Of a stretch of DNA of 64,000 bases, positions 41,355 to 50,603 are shown in pieces. The DNA lies in NCBI GenBank assembly GCA_965198115.1, contig OZ240241.1, positions 1,600,001 to 1,664,000 on the forward strand, given 5' to 3'. The stretch's first letter is position 1; each line of letters opens with the position of its first letter. Origin of the DNA: Candidatus Latescibacterota bacterium. GTDB taxonomy: Bacteria; Latescibacterota; UBA2968. The notes under the pieces were generated by a model, which worked only from the letters and a program-made list of their open reading frames with translations, was not told the DNA's origin and ran no database searches. Position numbers and translations under genes: made by a program.

Positions 41355-42503
41355 TCAGCCGCTGTAGGCCGGCAGGTTCAGCTCGTCCCTGTTCACGATA
41401 CTCGGGGCCGCCTTGGGTATCCCGGCCTCGAGGAACGCGAGGATGTCGTTCTGATCCTGCCAGCACCCGTAGCCGTTCAGGATACCGGCCACGTTGCTCG
41501 CCGCCAGGGAGGCCATGCCCGATCGCGTCCAGATCGTAGCCGAAGCGATATGCGGCACGATCACCGCATTGAGGCAACTTTCGAGACCGGGCTTCATCTC
41601 CGGCTCGTCCTCGAAAACGTCGAGCCCGACCCTGAATTCCGGATTCTTTTTCAGGTGGTTCACCAGAGCGATCTCATCGTGCACCGGTCCCCGACTGGCA
41701 TTCACGAGAATCGCGTTGGGCTTCATCAGGTTGAGTCGTTCCTCGTTCATCAGGTGGTGCGTCGTCTCGTCCAGCAGCGGGTGCAGACTGACCACATCCG
41801 ATACCTTCAGGACCTCTTCGACCGAGTCGCAACGGCGCCACGTGATGGGTGTCTGACCTTGTGATTCAAGGAACGCGGCATAGGCTGTCAGGTAGTTTTC
41901 GAGGGGCTCGTTCTGGTAGAGGTCGTAGTAGACGAAGTTCATCTTGAAGCCCTCGACCATCATCTTGGCGTAGGCCGCGCCGATTCGGCCGGCACCGATG
42001 ACGCCGACCGTGTTTCCTGTCATCAGCTCACCCAAATAGAGCGTGGGCAACCACCCCTTGTAGTTGCCGGCCCGCATGAAGACGTCCGCCTCGGCCACAC
42101 GTCTTGCAGCGGAGAAAGTGAGCGAAACGGCCATCTCGGCCGTCGTTTCGGTCAGAACCCCGGGTGTGTTACCCACCGGTATACCGTGTTTATTGGCGTC
42201 GTCGACATTCACGTTGTTGTAGCCGACGGCGTAGTTGGCGTAGACCTTCCCACCGGCGGTCTTTAGGGCCGAAAAGAGCTCATCATCCCACCGTTCTGTG
42301 AGCTGACCGATCACACCGTCGCACTGATCGCCGATTTTCGCTTTGATTTCGTCGACGCTTAGAATGTCGGTGGATGTTCCGACCTCGACTTTGCAGTCGG
42401 CCTCGGTGAGCACCTGAAGCCAGTGATCGCCAGGTAGCTGTTTGGTCACGACCACGCGCTTGCTGCCCGATGGATTGTGAGTCTCCCAATTGCTGGATGA
42501 CAA
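41355..42503 (-). CDS. Hydroxypyruvate reductase / D-glycerate dehydrogenase, plant HPR1-like
   Basis: CDGVIGQLTE, AVGYNNV, GNTPGVLTETTAE, GAGRIG, MMVEGFKMN, PHIASA, PSIVN. Confidence 0.85.
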   Translation of the reverse strand: MSSSNWETHNPSGSKRVVVTKQLPGDHWLQVLTEADCKVEVGTSTDILSVDEIKAKIGDQCDGVIGQLTERWDDELFSALKTAGGKVYANYAVGYNNVNVDDANKHGIPVGNTPGVLTETTAEMAVSLTFSAARRVAEADVFMRAGNYKGWLPTLYLGELMTGNTVGVIGAGRIGAAYAKMMVEGFKMNFVYYDLYQNEPLENYLTAYAAFLESQGQTPITWRRCDSVEEVLKVSDVVSLHPLLDETTHHLMNEERLNLMKPNAILVNASRGPVHDEIALVNHLKKNPEFRVGLDVFEDEPEMKPGLESCLNAVIVPHIASATIWTRSGMASLAASNVAGILNGYGCWQDQNDILAFLEAGIPKAAPSIVNRDELNLPAYSG

Positions 42504-42542
42504 AGCACACCCTCCTCTACGGTTGAACCCGGCGATGCCGAG

Positions 42543-42935
42543 CTAAGGCTGAAGACCGAGCTGCCGAATCGAGTCCCTGCGTTCGACAACCTCCGCTGTC
42601 AAAGTCAGAAGCGAGCGAAACACGTCCACATCGACCGGCTTGGGAATCACCACGTCGGCCGCGTCGAGGTCGTCGTCGTCGATGGCCTCGGTGAAAGCCG
42701 AAACGATGGCAATGATGGTGTGGGCGCTGAGCCCGCGGATCACGGAAATCGCGTCGAGCCCGCTGACGCCCGACATGCGTACATCGAGTGAGACGAGATC
42801 GTAGGGTACCAGAATCGACCGTCCGATCGCGTCCTCGCCCGAACTGACGGCATCGACATCCCACCCAGCCTGTTCGGCAATGTGGGAGAGAAAATCGGTG
42901 ACCTCGGGGTCATCGTCAACGATGATTATTTTCAT
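42543..42935 (-). CDS. Single-domain response regulator
   Basis: IIIVDDD, LDVRMSG, VSAF, PKP. Confidence 0.85.
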   Translation of the reverse strand: MKIIIVDDDPEVTDFLSHIAEQAGWDVDAVSSGEDAIGRSILVPYDLVSLDVRMSGVSGLDAISVIRGLSAHTIIAIVSAFTEAIDDDDLDAADVVIPKPVDVDVFRSLLTLTAEVVERRDSIRQLGLQP

Positions 42936-43284
42936 AGATTTCCGTCGGAATGGGGCCCGTTGTGCGGCCGTCCAATGTAAAGGAATGCCTCGGGGTGGTC
43001 AAGCGGGAAAGCCTTGCAGGACGGGAGTTTAGACACAAAGGTTCGACATCGCACTGGCTGGATGGCCGGCTTATATGGCGAAACCTTACCAGCGAAACAC
43101 GCCGGTCCTATCGAGCGAAATGCGTTCGTTCGGGGCGCCTTCTCGCGCCGGCCTCGCCCGGGTGAACGACAACATTGACGTAGACCCCACTTCCCCGTAA
43201 GGTTACGATTCACCGAGCACCGCACCCTCTTCCCTACGAGGAATGCGGTCTTTCACCCAGCCGAATCGAAAACAGGAGAAACCC

Positions 43285-43959
43285 ATGAATCTCCTATTCG
43301 TCGGATGTGAGTACGCAGGAAAATCGACGATCGCGGCCGAAGTCATGAAATGGGCGGAAACCACGGTCGGCGGGACGAGTCACTTCCACGATCATTTCAC
43401 CGTGCCGTCCAGCGAGTTCTCTCCCGAAGCCCGAGCGTCGCTCAGGGACCTTCATCCGCAGGCACTCGAAACTTTCCAGCGCTATCAGATCGAGTATCAC
43501 GTACGTGACCATTTCTATGTCAACGATGACCACAACCTCATGGGCGTCGCCATAGAAGAGGCCGTCTACGCACCTCTATATTATGGCTACGGTTGCAAGG
43601 ACACCCTCGCCCCCAAGCGGAGTCCCGAGGGCCAGAGAACCGAGATGGCCCGCCGCATCGAAGAAAACATTCTCCGGATGGCGCCGGGCGCGGTCCTCGT
43701 ACACTTCAAGGCGTCACCCGATGTTATCGCGAAACGGATGCAGGAACAGCCTCACGCGTTCCAGGTCGTTCAGGAGAAGGACATCCCGCTCGTCCTGGAT
43801 CGCTTCGACGAGGAAGTCGATGCGTGCCTGATCGAGAGACGGTTCGTCCTCGACACGTCAGAGGCTTCGATCGAGGAGACGATGGAAGAATTCGTCCAGA
43901 AGTACGAGCCTTTCCACACGCAGGCTGATCTCGCCCGCATCAAGCAGGTGGCAGGCTGA
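43285..43959 (+). CDS. P-loop NMP-kinase-like hypothetical protein
   Basis: GCEYAGKST Walker A at the N-terminus; RBS aggag. Confidence 0.7.
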   Translation: MNLLFVGCEYAGKSTIAAEVMKWAETTVGGTSHFHDHFTVPSSEFSPEARASLRDLHPQALETFQRYQIEYHVRDHFYVNDDHNLMGVAIEEAVYAPLYYGYGCKDTLAPKRSPEGQRTEMARRIEENILRMAPGAVLVHFKASPDVIAKRMQEQPHAFQVVQEKDIPLVLDRFDEEVDACLIERRFVLDTSEASIEETMEEFVQKYEPFHTQADLARIKQVAG

Positions 43960-43998
43960 ACCAAAACGGCATCGGCATACGGATCCGACCGAACAAGA

Positions 43999-44027
43999 AA
44001 AGACCCTGGGCAATCTCCAGGGTCTTT
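43999..44027. terminator. Intrinsic terminator
   Basis: aaagaccctgg...ccagggtcttt. Confidence 0.7.
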
Positions 44028-44044
44028 CGCTCATCTATAAAAAA

Positions 44045-45464
44045 GGCTATATCCGGATCTCTTAACGAGATGAAGTGGGTGAAGGTGCCGTGGTTCCTGG
44101 CATGGGGGCGCGGTTAGAGTGTGCGGAACCTCTTCGGAATCTGCTCAGGGATGTTTATGTCTCCGACGGTAAGGAAGATCATATCGTTGAATGCGTCGAG
44201 TGTGCGGAATCCGCTGGCTCGGTTCTTGACGATTTGGACGATTCGGTTGAGGCCTTCGGCGATGGCGTTGGTAAGACGCGTGTTCACGAATGCGAGGACG
44301 CCGAAGAAGTGCTGTCGCAGGGTCCTGACGAACTTTCGCAGGGGTTCAAGTCGACTTCTGAGTGCGGACGTCGTCCAGCATTTCAGGAAGCGTTCGGCAG
44401 CCCAGGGCGCTTTGTATTCCCAGAACTGCTCGAACTCGTCCTTGAGTCTCCAGGCTCTATAGATTCGGTAGTTCGCCTCCTCCAGTGCTTTGAGTGTCCG
44501 AGTATCCCCTCTGGAGCGTGTCGCTGAGTGCCGGTAGAGGAGCCATCGGAGGCCCTTCATGGCTTTGCGCTCATCCGGGGCAGCTTTACGCCACTGGTCC
44601 TTACGGACCTCGTCAACGGCGGCATTGAGAGCCTTGACGATGTGAAAGCGATCGAGGACCAGCTTGGCATTCGGACAGTGTTCCTGGATGGCTCCGATGT
44701 AAGCTTCGCTCATGTCGCAGCAGGCCCACTCGATCTTGGATCTCTGGTAGGGACTGAGAGCCTCTGTGAAGAACCGATCGATCGTTTTACGCGCCCTGCC
44801 GCGGCCAACCCACACCACGCAGGAGCGGTCCAGATCGTAAACGAGCGTGGCGTACCTGTGACGCTTGGCGTAGGAGATCTCGTCGATCCCGATGGTTTTG
44901 AGCCCTCGGATACGATGACCTTCACGAAGCCGCGTGATGGATCGGTGAAGGAGATCCGACAGCGTCGAGGCAGAGATGCGCAGTAACTCGGACGCCGCCT
45001 TCTGCGTCATGGTCTGGCAGTAGCGCAGCATGGCATACTCGAAGCGATACGTCACCCGAGAGAACCGCTCCGCCCACGGAATCTCCTCGACCACACGACC
45101 GTGGGTAGGACACCGAATCTCCCGAGGATGGTAGAGAAGCCAGACCCTCCACCCGCACACCGGAATGTCACGCCACCGACGCGGATGGGGCATTGTGCGG
45201 ACGATTTTACCTCGACGGCCGCACTCCGGACAACAACAACCATTCTTATGTGGCTTTACGGCGATGACGAAACAGCTTCTCCCCTCAAACCACCAGCTGA
45301 CAACACGGAACCCCTTGAATCTCAGCAGTTTCGATAGTAATCTGCTCCCGGTCATAGGTCGCACCCCCTTCGCTTTGATTGTCCTACACACACAACCAAG
45401 CGTAGGGAACGATCTATGACCTTGTCATTCTATAGTTTCACCGTTGAGAAACCCGGATAGAGCC
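44045..45464 (-). mobile_element. ISL3 copy 3 (left member of tandem dimer)
   Basis: TIRs present; left flank ATAAAAAA. Confidence 0.95.
44114..45391 (-). CDS. ISL3 transposase
   Basis: Differs from copy 1 at PYQRS, LEEAN and the terminal L. Confidence 0.95.
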   Translation of the reverse strand: MCRTIKAKGVRPMTGSRLLSKLLRFKGFRVVSWWFEGRSCFVIAVKPHKNGCCCPECGRRGKIVRTMPHPRRWRDIPVCGWRVWLLYHPREIRCPTHGRVVEEIPWAERFSRVTYRFEYAMLRYCQTMTQKAASELLRISASTLSDLLHRSITRLREGHRIRGLKTIGIDEISYAKRHRYATLVYDLDRSCVVWVGRGRARKTIDRFFTEALSPYQRSKIEWACCDMSEAYIGAIQEHCPNAKLVLDRFHIVKALNAAVDEVRKDQWRKAAPDERKAMKGLRWLLYRHSATRSRGDTRTLKALEEANYRIYRAWRLKDEFEQFWEYKAPWAAERFLKCWTTSALRSRLEPLRKFVRTLRQHFFGVLAFVNTRLTNAIAEGLNRIVQIVKNRASGFRTLDAFNDMIFLTVGDINIPEQIPKRFRTL

Positions 45465-45473
45465 TTTTTTATT

Positions 45474-46893
45474 GGCTATATCCGGATCTCTCAACGAGAT
45501 GAAGTGGGTGAAGGTGCCGTGGTTCCTGGCATGGGGGCGCGGTTAGAGTGTGCGGAACCTCTTCGGAATCTGCTCAGGGATGTTTATGTCTCCGACGGTA
45601 AGGAAGATCATATCGTTGAATGCGTCGAGTGTGCGGAATCCGCTGGCTCGGTTCTTGACGATTTGGACGATTCGGTTGAGGCCTTCGGCGATGGCGTTGG
45701 TAAGACGCGTGTTCACGAATGCGAGGACGCCGAAGAAGTGCTGTCGCAGGGTCCTGACGAACTTTCGCAGGGGTTCAAGTCGACTTCTGAGTGCGGACGT
45801 CGTCCAGCATTTCAGGAAGCGTTCGGCAGCCCAGGGCGCTTTGTATTCCCAGAACTGCTCGAACTCGTCCTTGAGTCTCCAGGCTCTATAGATTCGGTAG
45901 TTCGCCTTCTCCAGTGCTTTGAGTGTCCGAGTATCCCCTCTGGAGCGTGTCGCTGAGTGCCGGTAGAGGAGCCATCGGAGGCCCTTCATGGCTTTGCGCT
46001 CATCCGGGGCAGCTTTACGCCACTGGTCCTTACGGACCTCGTCAACGGCGGCATTGAGAGCCTTGACGATGTGAAAGCGATCGAGGACCAGCTTGGCATT
46101 CGGACAGTGTTCCTGGATGGCTCCGATGTAAGCTTCGCTCATGTCGCAGCAGGCCCACTCGATCTTGGATCTCCGGTAGGGACTGAGAGCCTCTGTGAAG
46201 AACCGATCGATCGTTTTACGCGCCCTGCCGCGGCCAACCCACACCACGCAGGAGCGGTCCAGATCGTAAACGAGCGTGGCGTACCTGTGACGCTTGGCGT
46301 AGGAGATCTCGTCGATCCCGATGGTTTTGAGCCCTCGGATACGATGACCTTCACGAAGCCGCGTGATGGATCGGTGACGGAGATCCGACAGCGTCGAGGC
46401 AGAGATGCGCAGCAACTCGGACGCCGCCTTCTGCGTCATGGTCTGGCAGTAGCGCAGCATGGCATACTCGAAGCGATACGTCACCCGAGAGAACCGCTCC
46501 GCCCACGGAATCTCCTCGACCACACGACCGTGGGTAGGACACCGAATCTCCCGAGGATGGTAGAGAAGCCAGACCCTCCACCCGCACACCGGAATGTCAC
46601 GCCACCGACGCGGATGGGGCATTGTGCGGACGATTTTACCTCGACGGCCGCACTCCGGACAACAACAACCATTCTTATGTGGCTTTACGGCGATGACGAA
46701 GCAGCTTCTCCCCTCAAACCACCAGCTGACAACACGGAACCCCTTGAATCTCAGCAGTTTCGATAGTAATCTGCTCCCGGTCATAGGTCGCACCCCCTTC
46801 GCTTTGATTGTCCTACACACACAACCAAGCGTAGGGAACGATCTATGACCTTGTCATTCTATAGTTTCACCGTTGAGAAACCCGGATAGAGCC
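45474..46893 (-). mobile_element. ISL3 copy 4 (right member of tandem dimer)
   Basis: TIRs present; 9-bp spacer TTTTTTATT to copy 3; right flank ATAAAAAA. Confidence 0.95.
45543..46820 (-). CDS. ISL3 transposase
   Basis: Differs from copy 1 at SDLRHR and the terminal L. Confidence 0.95.
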   Translation of the reverse strand: MCRTIKAKGVRPMTGSRLLSKLLRFKGFRVVSWWFEGRSCFVIAVKPHKNGCCCPECGRRGKIVRTMPHPRRWRDIPVCGWRVWLLYHPREIRCPTHGRVVEEIPWAERFSRVTYRFEYAMLRYCQTMTQKAASELLRISASTLSDLRHRSITRLREGHRIRGLKTIGIDEISYAKRHRYATLVYDLDRSCVVWVGRGRARKTIDRFFTEALSPYRRSKIEWACCDMSEAYIGAIQEHCPNAKLVLDRFHIVKALNAAVDEVRKDQWRKAAPDERKAMKGLRWLLYRHSATRSRGDTRTLKALEKANYRIYRAWRLKDEFEQFWEYKAPWAAERFLKCWTTSALRSRLEPLRKFVRTLRQHFFGVLAFVNTRLTNAIAEGLNRIVQIVKNRASGFRTLDAFNDMIFLTVGDINIPEQIPKRFRTL

Positions 46894-46895
46894 AT

Positions 46896-46937
46896 AAAAA
46901 AACAGACGCCAACCTGTGGGTCGCAGGTTAACGTCTG
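46896..46937 (-). terminator. Intrinsic terminator downstream of IOR
   Basis: cagacg..aacctg/caggtt..cgtctg stem followed by T7 on the minus strand. Confidence 0.65.
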
Positions 46938-46977
46938 GTAGGACAGTAGTGATGCCGAATCACTGAAATTACCATCG

Positions 46978-49900
46978 TCAAAAAGACCCGGAAACTTTAG
47001 TCTCCACCTGTTCCACGCGCTGGTTCGGCCCGGCTTCCGACGACACGACCGCCCTGGGTCCTCCAAGCAACTCCGCCGCTGTCCGTCTGGCCGCATCCAT
47101 CTTCGGCCAGATGACTTCCCGATAGCCCCGTACATGGTCTGGCAGCCTGAACGCACGCACGTAGGCCGAATACCGACCGGCGCCCTCGGCCAGAAACCGT
47201 TCGACGAGCCCGCAATACCAGTCTCGGTAGGCCTTCTCCTCTCGATGCCACGCCGGCAGCAGTCCCCTCAAAAACCGCAGCCGTTTGAAGCGTCGCAGCA
47301 TCCAGTCTTTTGTGGGCAGGTCGAACCTGATGTCCATCCCGAACAACTGGAAATGGGGCCGCGTCAGGTGACTGTAGACGATGCGATCGCCCCGCGCCCG
47401 ATCGACGTTGTATCGCTCCTGATCCCGAATCCGCTTTTCTTCGCTCGTCAGCAGATGGGCAACGTAAATTTCGTCCTTGTAGGCCAAGACTCGCGCCAGG
47501 TTCGGAATGAGGGCCCGCGTCGCTTCGAGCCCGAGGTCCTTTGAATCGATGGCCCGAACCGCCTCGACGAGATCGGCATAGCGTGTCGCAACGCCTTCAC
47601 CCCCCCATTGGAAGGTGTCGTAGACACCGAGTGCAAACTGGATTCGGTCGGCTTCGCCCATTTCCCAGGAGTCGGCGCGTCTGACGAGGGTTCGATACGT
47701 TTCTCCCGCCTTGCGCCCGTGCGCACGCGCCAGGAACATTGACTTGGTCGTCGCAAAACCTTCAAGATCGACCTCGGACGTGGGCTTTTCAAAAGCCGCT
47801 GGCTCCAGGGCCGCCTTCCGACCCATGTCGAACGCCTTGAGGTTCGGTTCGATCTCATCGGGACGGATGTTGGCCGACATCGCCCAGGTCAGGTTCTCCA
47901 GACGCACCGGAAGCGCTCCCCGCTGGTAGGCGGCACCCAGAAGGATGCTGTTCGCGTAGATCTTGTTTCCAAGAAATCGCTCCGAGATCTCACCCAGATC
48001 CATACCGAAGAACCGGTCCCGCCGCGTGTGATCTTGGATTCTCTCCGCCAGTTCTGCGGGATCGAAAGCATCGGCACCCGTCATCGTGAGCACGGTTTCC
48101 CGCTTCCCTGTCTCGACGACGGCTGTCGTATGCGCCGGACTCGCCACACACGCCGTACCCCCAGGGTCCACACCACGAACCGCTTCCAGCATGTCCAGCC
48201 CGAGCAACAGGTCCGCGTGACCATATGGCGTCAACTGCGAAATGATCCGATCGTCCTTTGCGAAGCTCACGTGCGAATAGACAGCTCCGTTTCGGATCGC
48301 CAACCCCTTTTTGTTCGTGAACCTGACCCGGTAGCCCTCTTTTGCGCCGGCCGTCGAAATGATGGCGGCGATGGTGTTGACCCCCATGCCGCCCACCCCG
48401 GCGACGTAGGCATACCAGGCCGCATCGAACCCCTCGATTTCAGGATCCGGCAGCGACGAAAGGTCGATCGACTCGGTTCGTAACACGGGAGCCTGGGTCC
48501 GATGCACCGTCGCCTCCTCGAACGAGGGGCAGGTCTTGTCGCCGTTGTTGACGGTCAGCCTCGTGCAGGCCCCGTCCCCCACACACAGAGACAGGTCCGT
48601 CGTAACCTTGGGTCCGTGTAGCGACTCCTCGACGGCCAATCCGGAGCATCCCGTTCCCCGCGTGCATTCGAGACAGTACTCGCAGACCTCGGGCGTGATG
48701 TTGATATATGTCTCTTCGGGAATAAAGCCCTGTTGCTTTTCCACCGCGCGCTGCTCCGACCGCTGGCGGCGGTGGTAGGTGATCCCACACTCCTTGTCGG
48801 CGATGATGATTTTCACGCCGTCCTTGAGCACCGTCTCCTCGACGATCTCCCGATACCGCTCGCGATCGGCCGGGTTCATCCGAACGACGGCGCTCGGACC
48901 GTTTTCATCGTTCCCGGCCATGCCACGAACGACCTTTTCGATGTCCTGCGCAAAAGTCGGCCGTCCCATGATGTCCGTATCCACACCCGGGGTCGGCTGG
49001 TGACCGGTCATGGCGGTCGTCTTGTTGTCCAGGATCACGTAGGTGATGTCCTGACCGTGCTTCATCGAATCCGAGATGGCAGCCATGCCGCTGTGGAAGA
49101 AGGTCGAGTCTCCCATAAAAACCAGCTGTTTGTTCTCGATGAACGGATCGATGCCGGCACCCGTCCCCCCGCCCAGTCCCATCCCCGACAGGTTGTGCAT
49201 CAGCCGGTTGAACGGCTTGTACTTCAGGAGCGAGTAGCACCCGATGTCACCGTGGAAAATGAGATCCCTTTCCGTCGACCCGTGGATGTTTTCCATGTAG
49301 ACCGGATCCATGAAATCGTCGACCATCCGATCCAGAACGCTGGCGCTGTCGCGGTGTGGACATCCCGGGCAGAAAGAGGGCGTTCTCGCCGTCGCCGAAA
49401 TCTCGTAGTGCCGCGTTTCTTCGATGAGCACGACCTCCTCATCGATTCGCCCGCGATCTACGGCTGCATCATCCAGCGACTTGAGGAGGGGTGCCAGTGT
49501 TTCGAGCGTAATCGAAGGGTTGAGACCCCGCGTATCGGGGAAACCGGGTTTGTCCCCGGGAAACGTCTTGCCCCAAACCGGGAGTTCGGCCACCTCGCCC
49601 GATCTGCAGAGCTGGTGGGCCAGCGCCTGGACCTGCTCCTCCAAAAAGGGACGCTTTTCCTCCACGACGACGAGGGCATCGACAAACTGTGAAAACTGTT
49701 TCAGGATGACGCCGTCCAGAGGGTAAGTCAGCCCGTACTTCAGGATCGGAAACCGCCCCGTCAACCCGAGCAATTCGAGCGCGTGCTCCAGGTAGCAGTA
49801 GGCCAGACTGCTCGTCACGAACCCGATGGGACTTCTGGACCCTGAGGGAGCGTGGAGAATCCGGTTCAGGCCCACCTCACGTACGCCTTCGAGCAACGCC

Positions 49901-50601
49901 GGAAAACGCTCGTGGAGGACCTGGTCCTCCTTTTGGGCGGTGCTCGGAGGAATGATCACGCGGTCGTCGACGGGAATGGTCGTGCTGTCGATCGTGAGCG
50001 GGGTATGCGTCGTCAAATCGGGAAAACTGTTGGGCGCGACCTCGACCGTTCCCCCGCCATCGGCCTGGTTCGAGGTGACGAGATACGCCACGTAGAGCCG
50101 CGTCGCCTCGGACAGATCGAAGGCGTGGCCGATCCAGTCCTTGATTTCCTGCGACGTCGACGGTTCCAGGATCGGCATGTAAAGATGTCGGGCTATGAAT
50201 CTGGAGTCGGCGGGAACCTGCGTTCCTTCGGACCAGGTGTCGTCGCCAAAGACGGCCACCGCCGCGCCCCCCGGTGACGTACCGGCCATGTTGCCCAGAG
50301 CCAACGCGTCCGCCGCGACGTGAGCACCCACGCTCTTCATCACGGCCATGGCCCGAATCGGCGCCATTTGCGAACCGTTCAGCCGTGCCGCGCCCAACGC
50401 CTCGTTGTTCGCGATCTGAACAGTGACACCCTTTTCGACCAGGAGCTCGCGAATACGCTCGGCCGCATCGAAAACCTCGGCGACGGGTGAACCCGGATAC
50501 CCGGTCAGCAGCCCGACCCGGTTCTCGATCGCACCCTTGACGATCAGTTCATTCCCCGTGAAGATGCTCACGCCGGATTCTTGTTCGAACCTCGGATCCA
50601 T
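46978..50601 (-). CDS. Indolepyruvate:ferredoxin oxidoreductase-family protein (fused alpha/beta)
   Basis: GYPGSP, FCPGCPH, GDSTFFHSG..DN (TPP), CEYCLEC ferredoxin, GVGGMG, YKDE. Confidence 0.9.
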   Translation of the reverse strand: MDPRFEQESGVSIFTGNELIVKGAIENRVGLLTGYPGSPVAEVFDAAERIRELLVEKGVTVQIANNEALGAARLNGSQMAPIRAMAVMKSVGAHVAADALALGNMAGTSPGGAAVAVFGDDTWSEGTQVPADSRFIARHLYMPILEPSTSQEIKDWIGHAFDLSEATRLYVAYLVTSNQADGGGTVEVAPNSFPDLTTHTPLTIDSTTIPVDDRVIIPPSTAQKEDQVLHERFPALLEGVREVGLNRILHAPSGSRSPIGFVTSSLAYCYLEHALELLGLTGRFPILKYGLTYPLDGVILKQFSQFVDALVVVEEKRPFLEEQVQALAHQLCRSGEVAELPVWGKTFPGDKPGFPDTRGLNPSITLETLAPLLKSLDDAAVDRGRIDEEVVLIEETRHYEISATARTPSFCPGCPHRDSASVLDRMVDDFMDPVYMENIHGSTERDLIFHGDIGCYSLLKYKPFNRLMHNLSGMGLGGGTGAGIDPFIENKQLVFMGDSTFFHSGMAAISDSMKHGQDITYVILDNKTTAMTGHQPTPGVDTDIMGRPTFAQDIEKVVRGMAGNDENGPSAVVRMNPADRERYREIVEETVLKDGVKIIIADKECGITYHRRQRSEQRAVEKQQGFIPEETYINITPEVCEYCLECTRGTGCSGLAVEESLHGPKVTTDLSLCVGDGACTRLTVNNGDKTCPSFEEATVHRTQAPVLRTESIDLSSLPDPEIEGFDAAWYAYVAGVGGMGVNTIAAIISTAGAKEGYRVRFTNKKGLAIRNGAVYSHVSFAKDDRIISQLTPYGHADLLLGLDMLEAVRGVDPGGTACVASPAHTTAVVETGKRETVLTMTGADAFDPAELAERIQDHTRRDRFFGMDLGEISERFLGNKIYANSILLGAAYQRGALPVRLENLTWAMSANIRPDEIEPNLKAFDMGRKAALEPAAFEKPTSEVDLEGFATTKSMFLARAHGRKAGETYRTLVRRADSWEMGEADRIQFALGVYDTFQWGGEGVATRYADLVEAVRAIDSKDLGLEATRALIPNLARVLAYKDEIYVAHLLTSEEKRIRDQERYNVDRARGDRIVYSHLTRPHFQLFGMDIRFDLPTKDWMLRRFKRLRFLRGLLPAWHREEKAYRDWYCGLVERFLAEGAGRYSAYVRAFRLPDHVRGYREVIWPKMDAARRTAAELLGGPRAVVSSEAGPNQRVEQVETKVSGSF

Positions 50602-50603
50602 CG

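Noticed and set aside
42936-43284. ncRNA in the 350-nt divergent intergenic region
   Set aside because: No recognisable motif or strong fold; explainable as two promoter regions.
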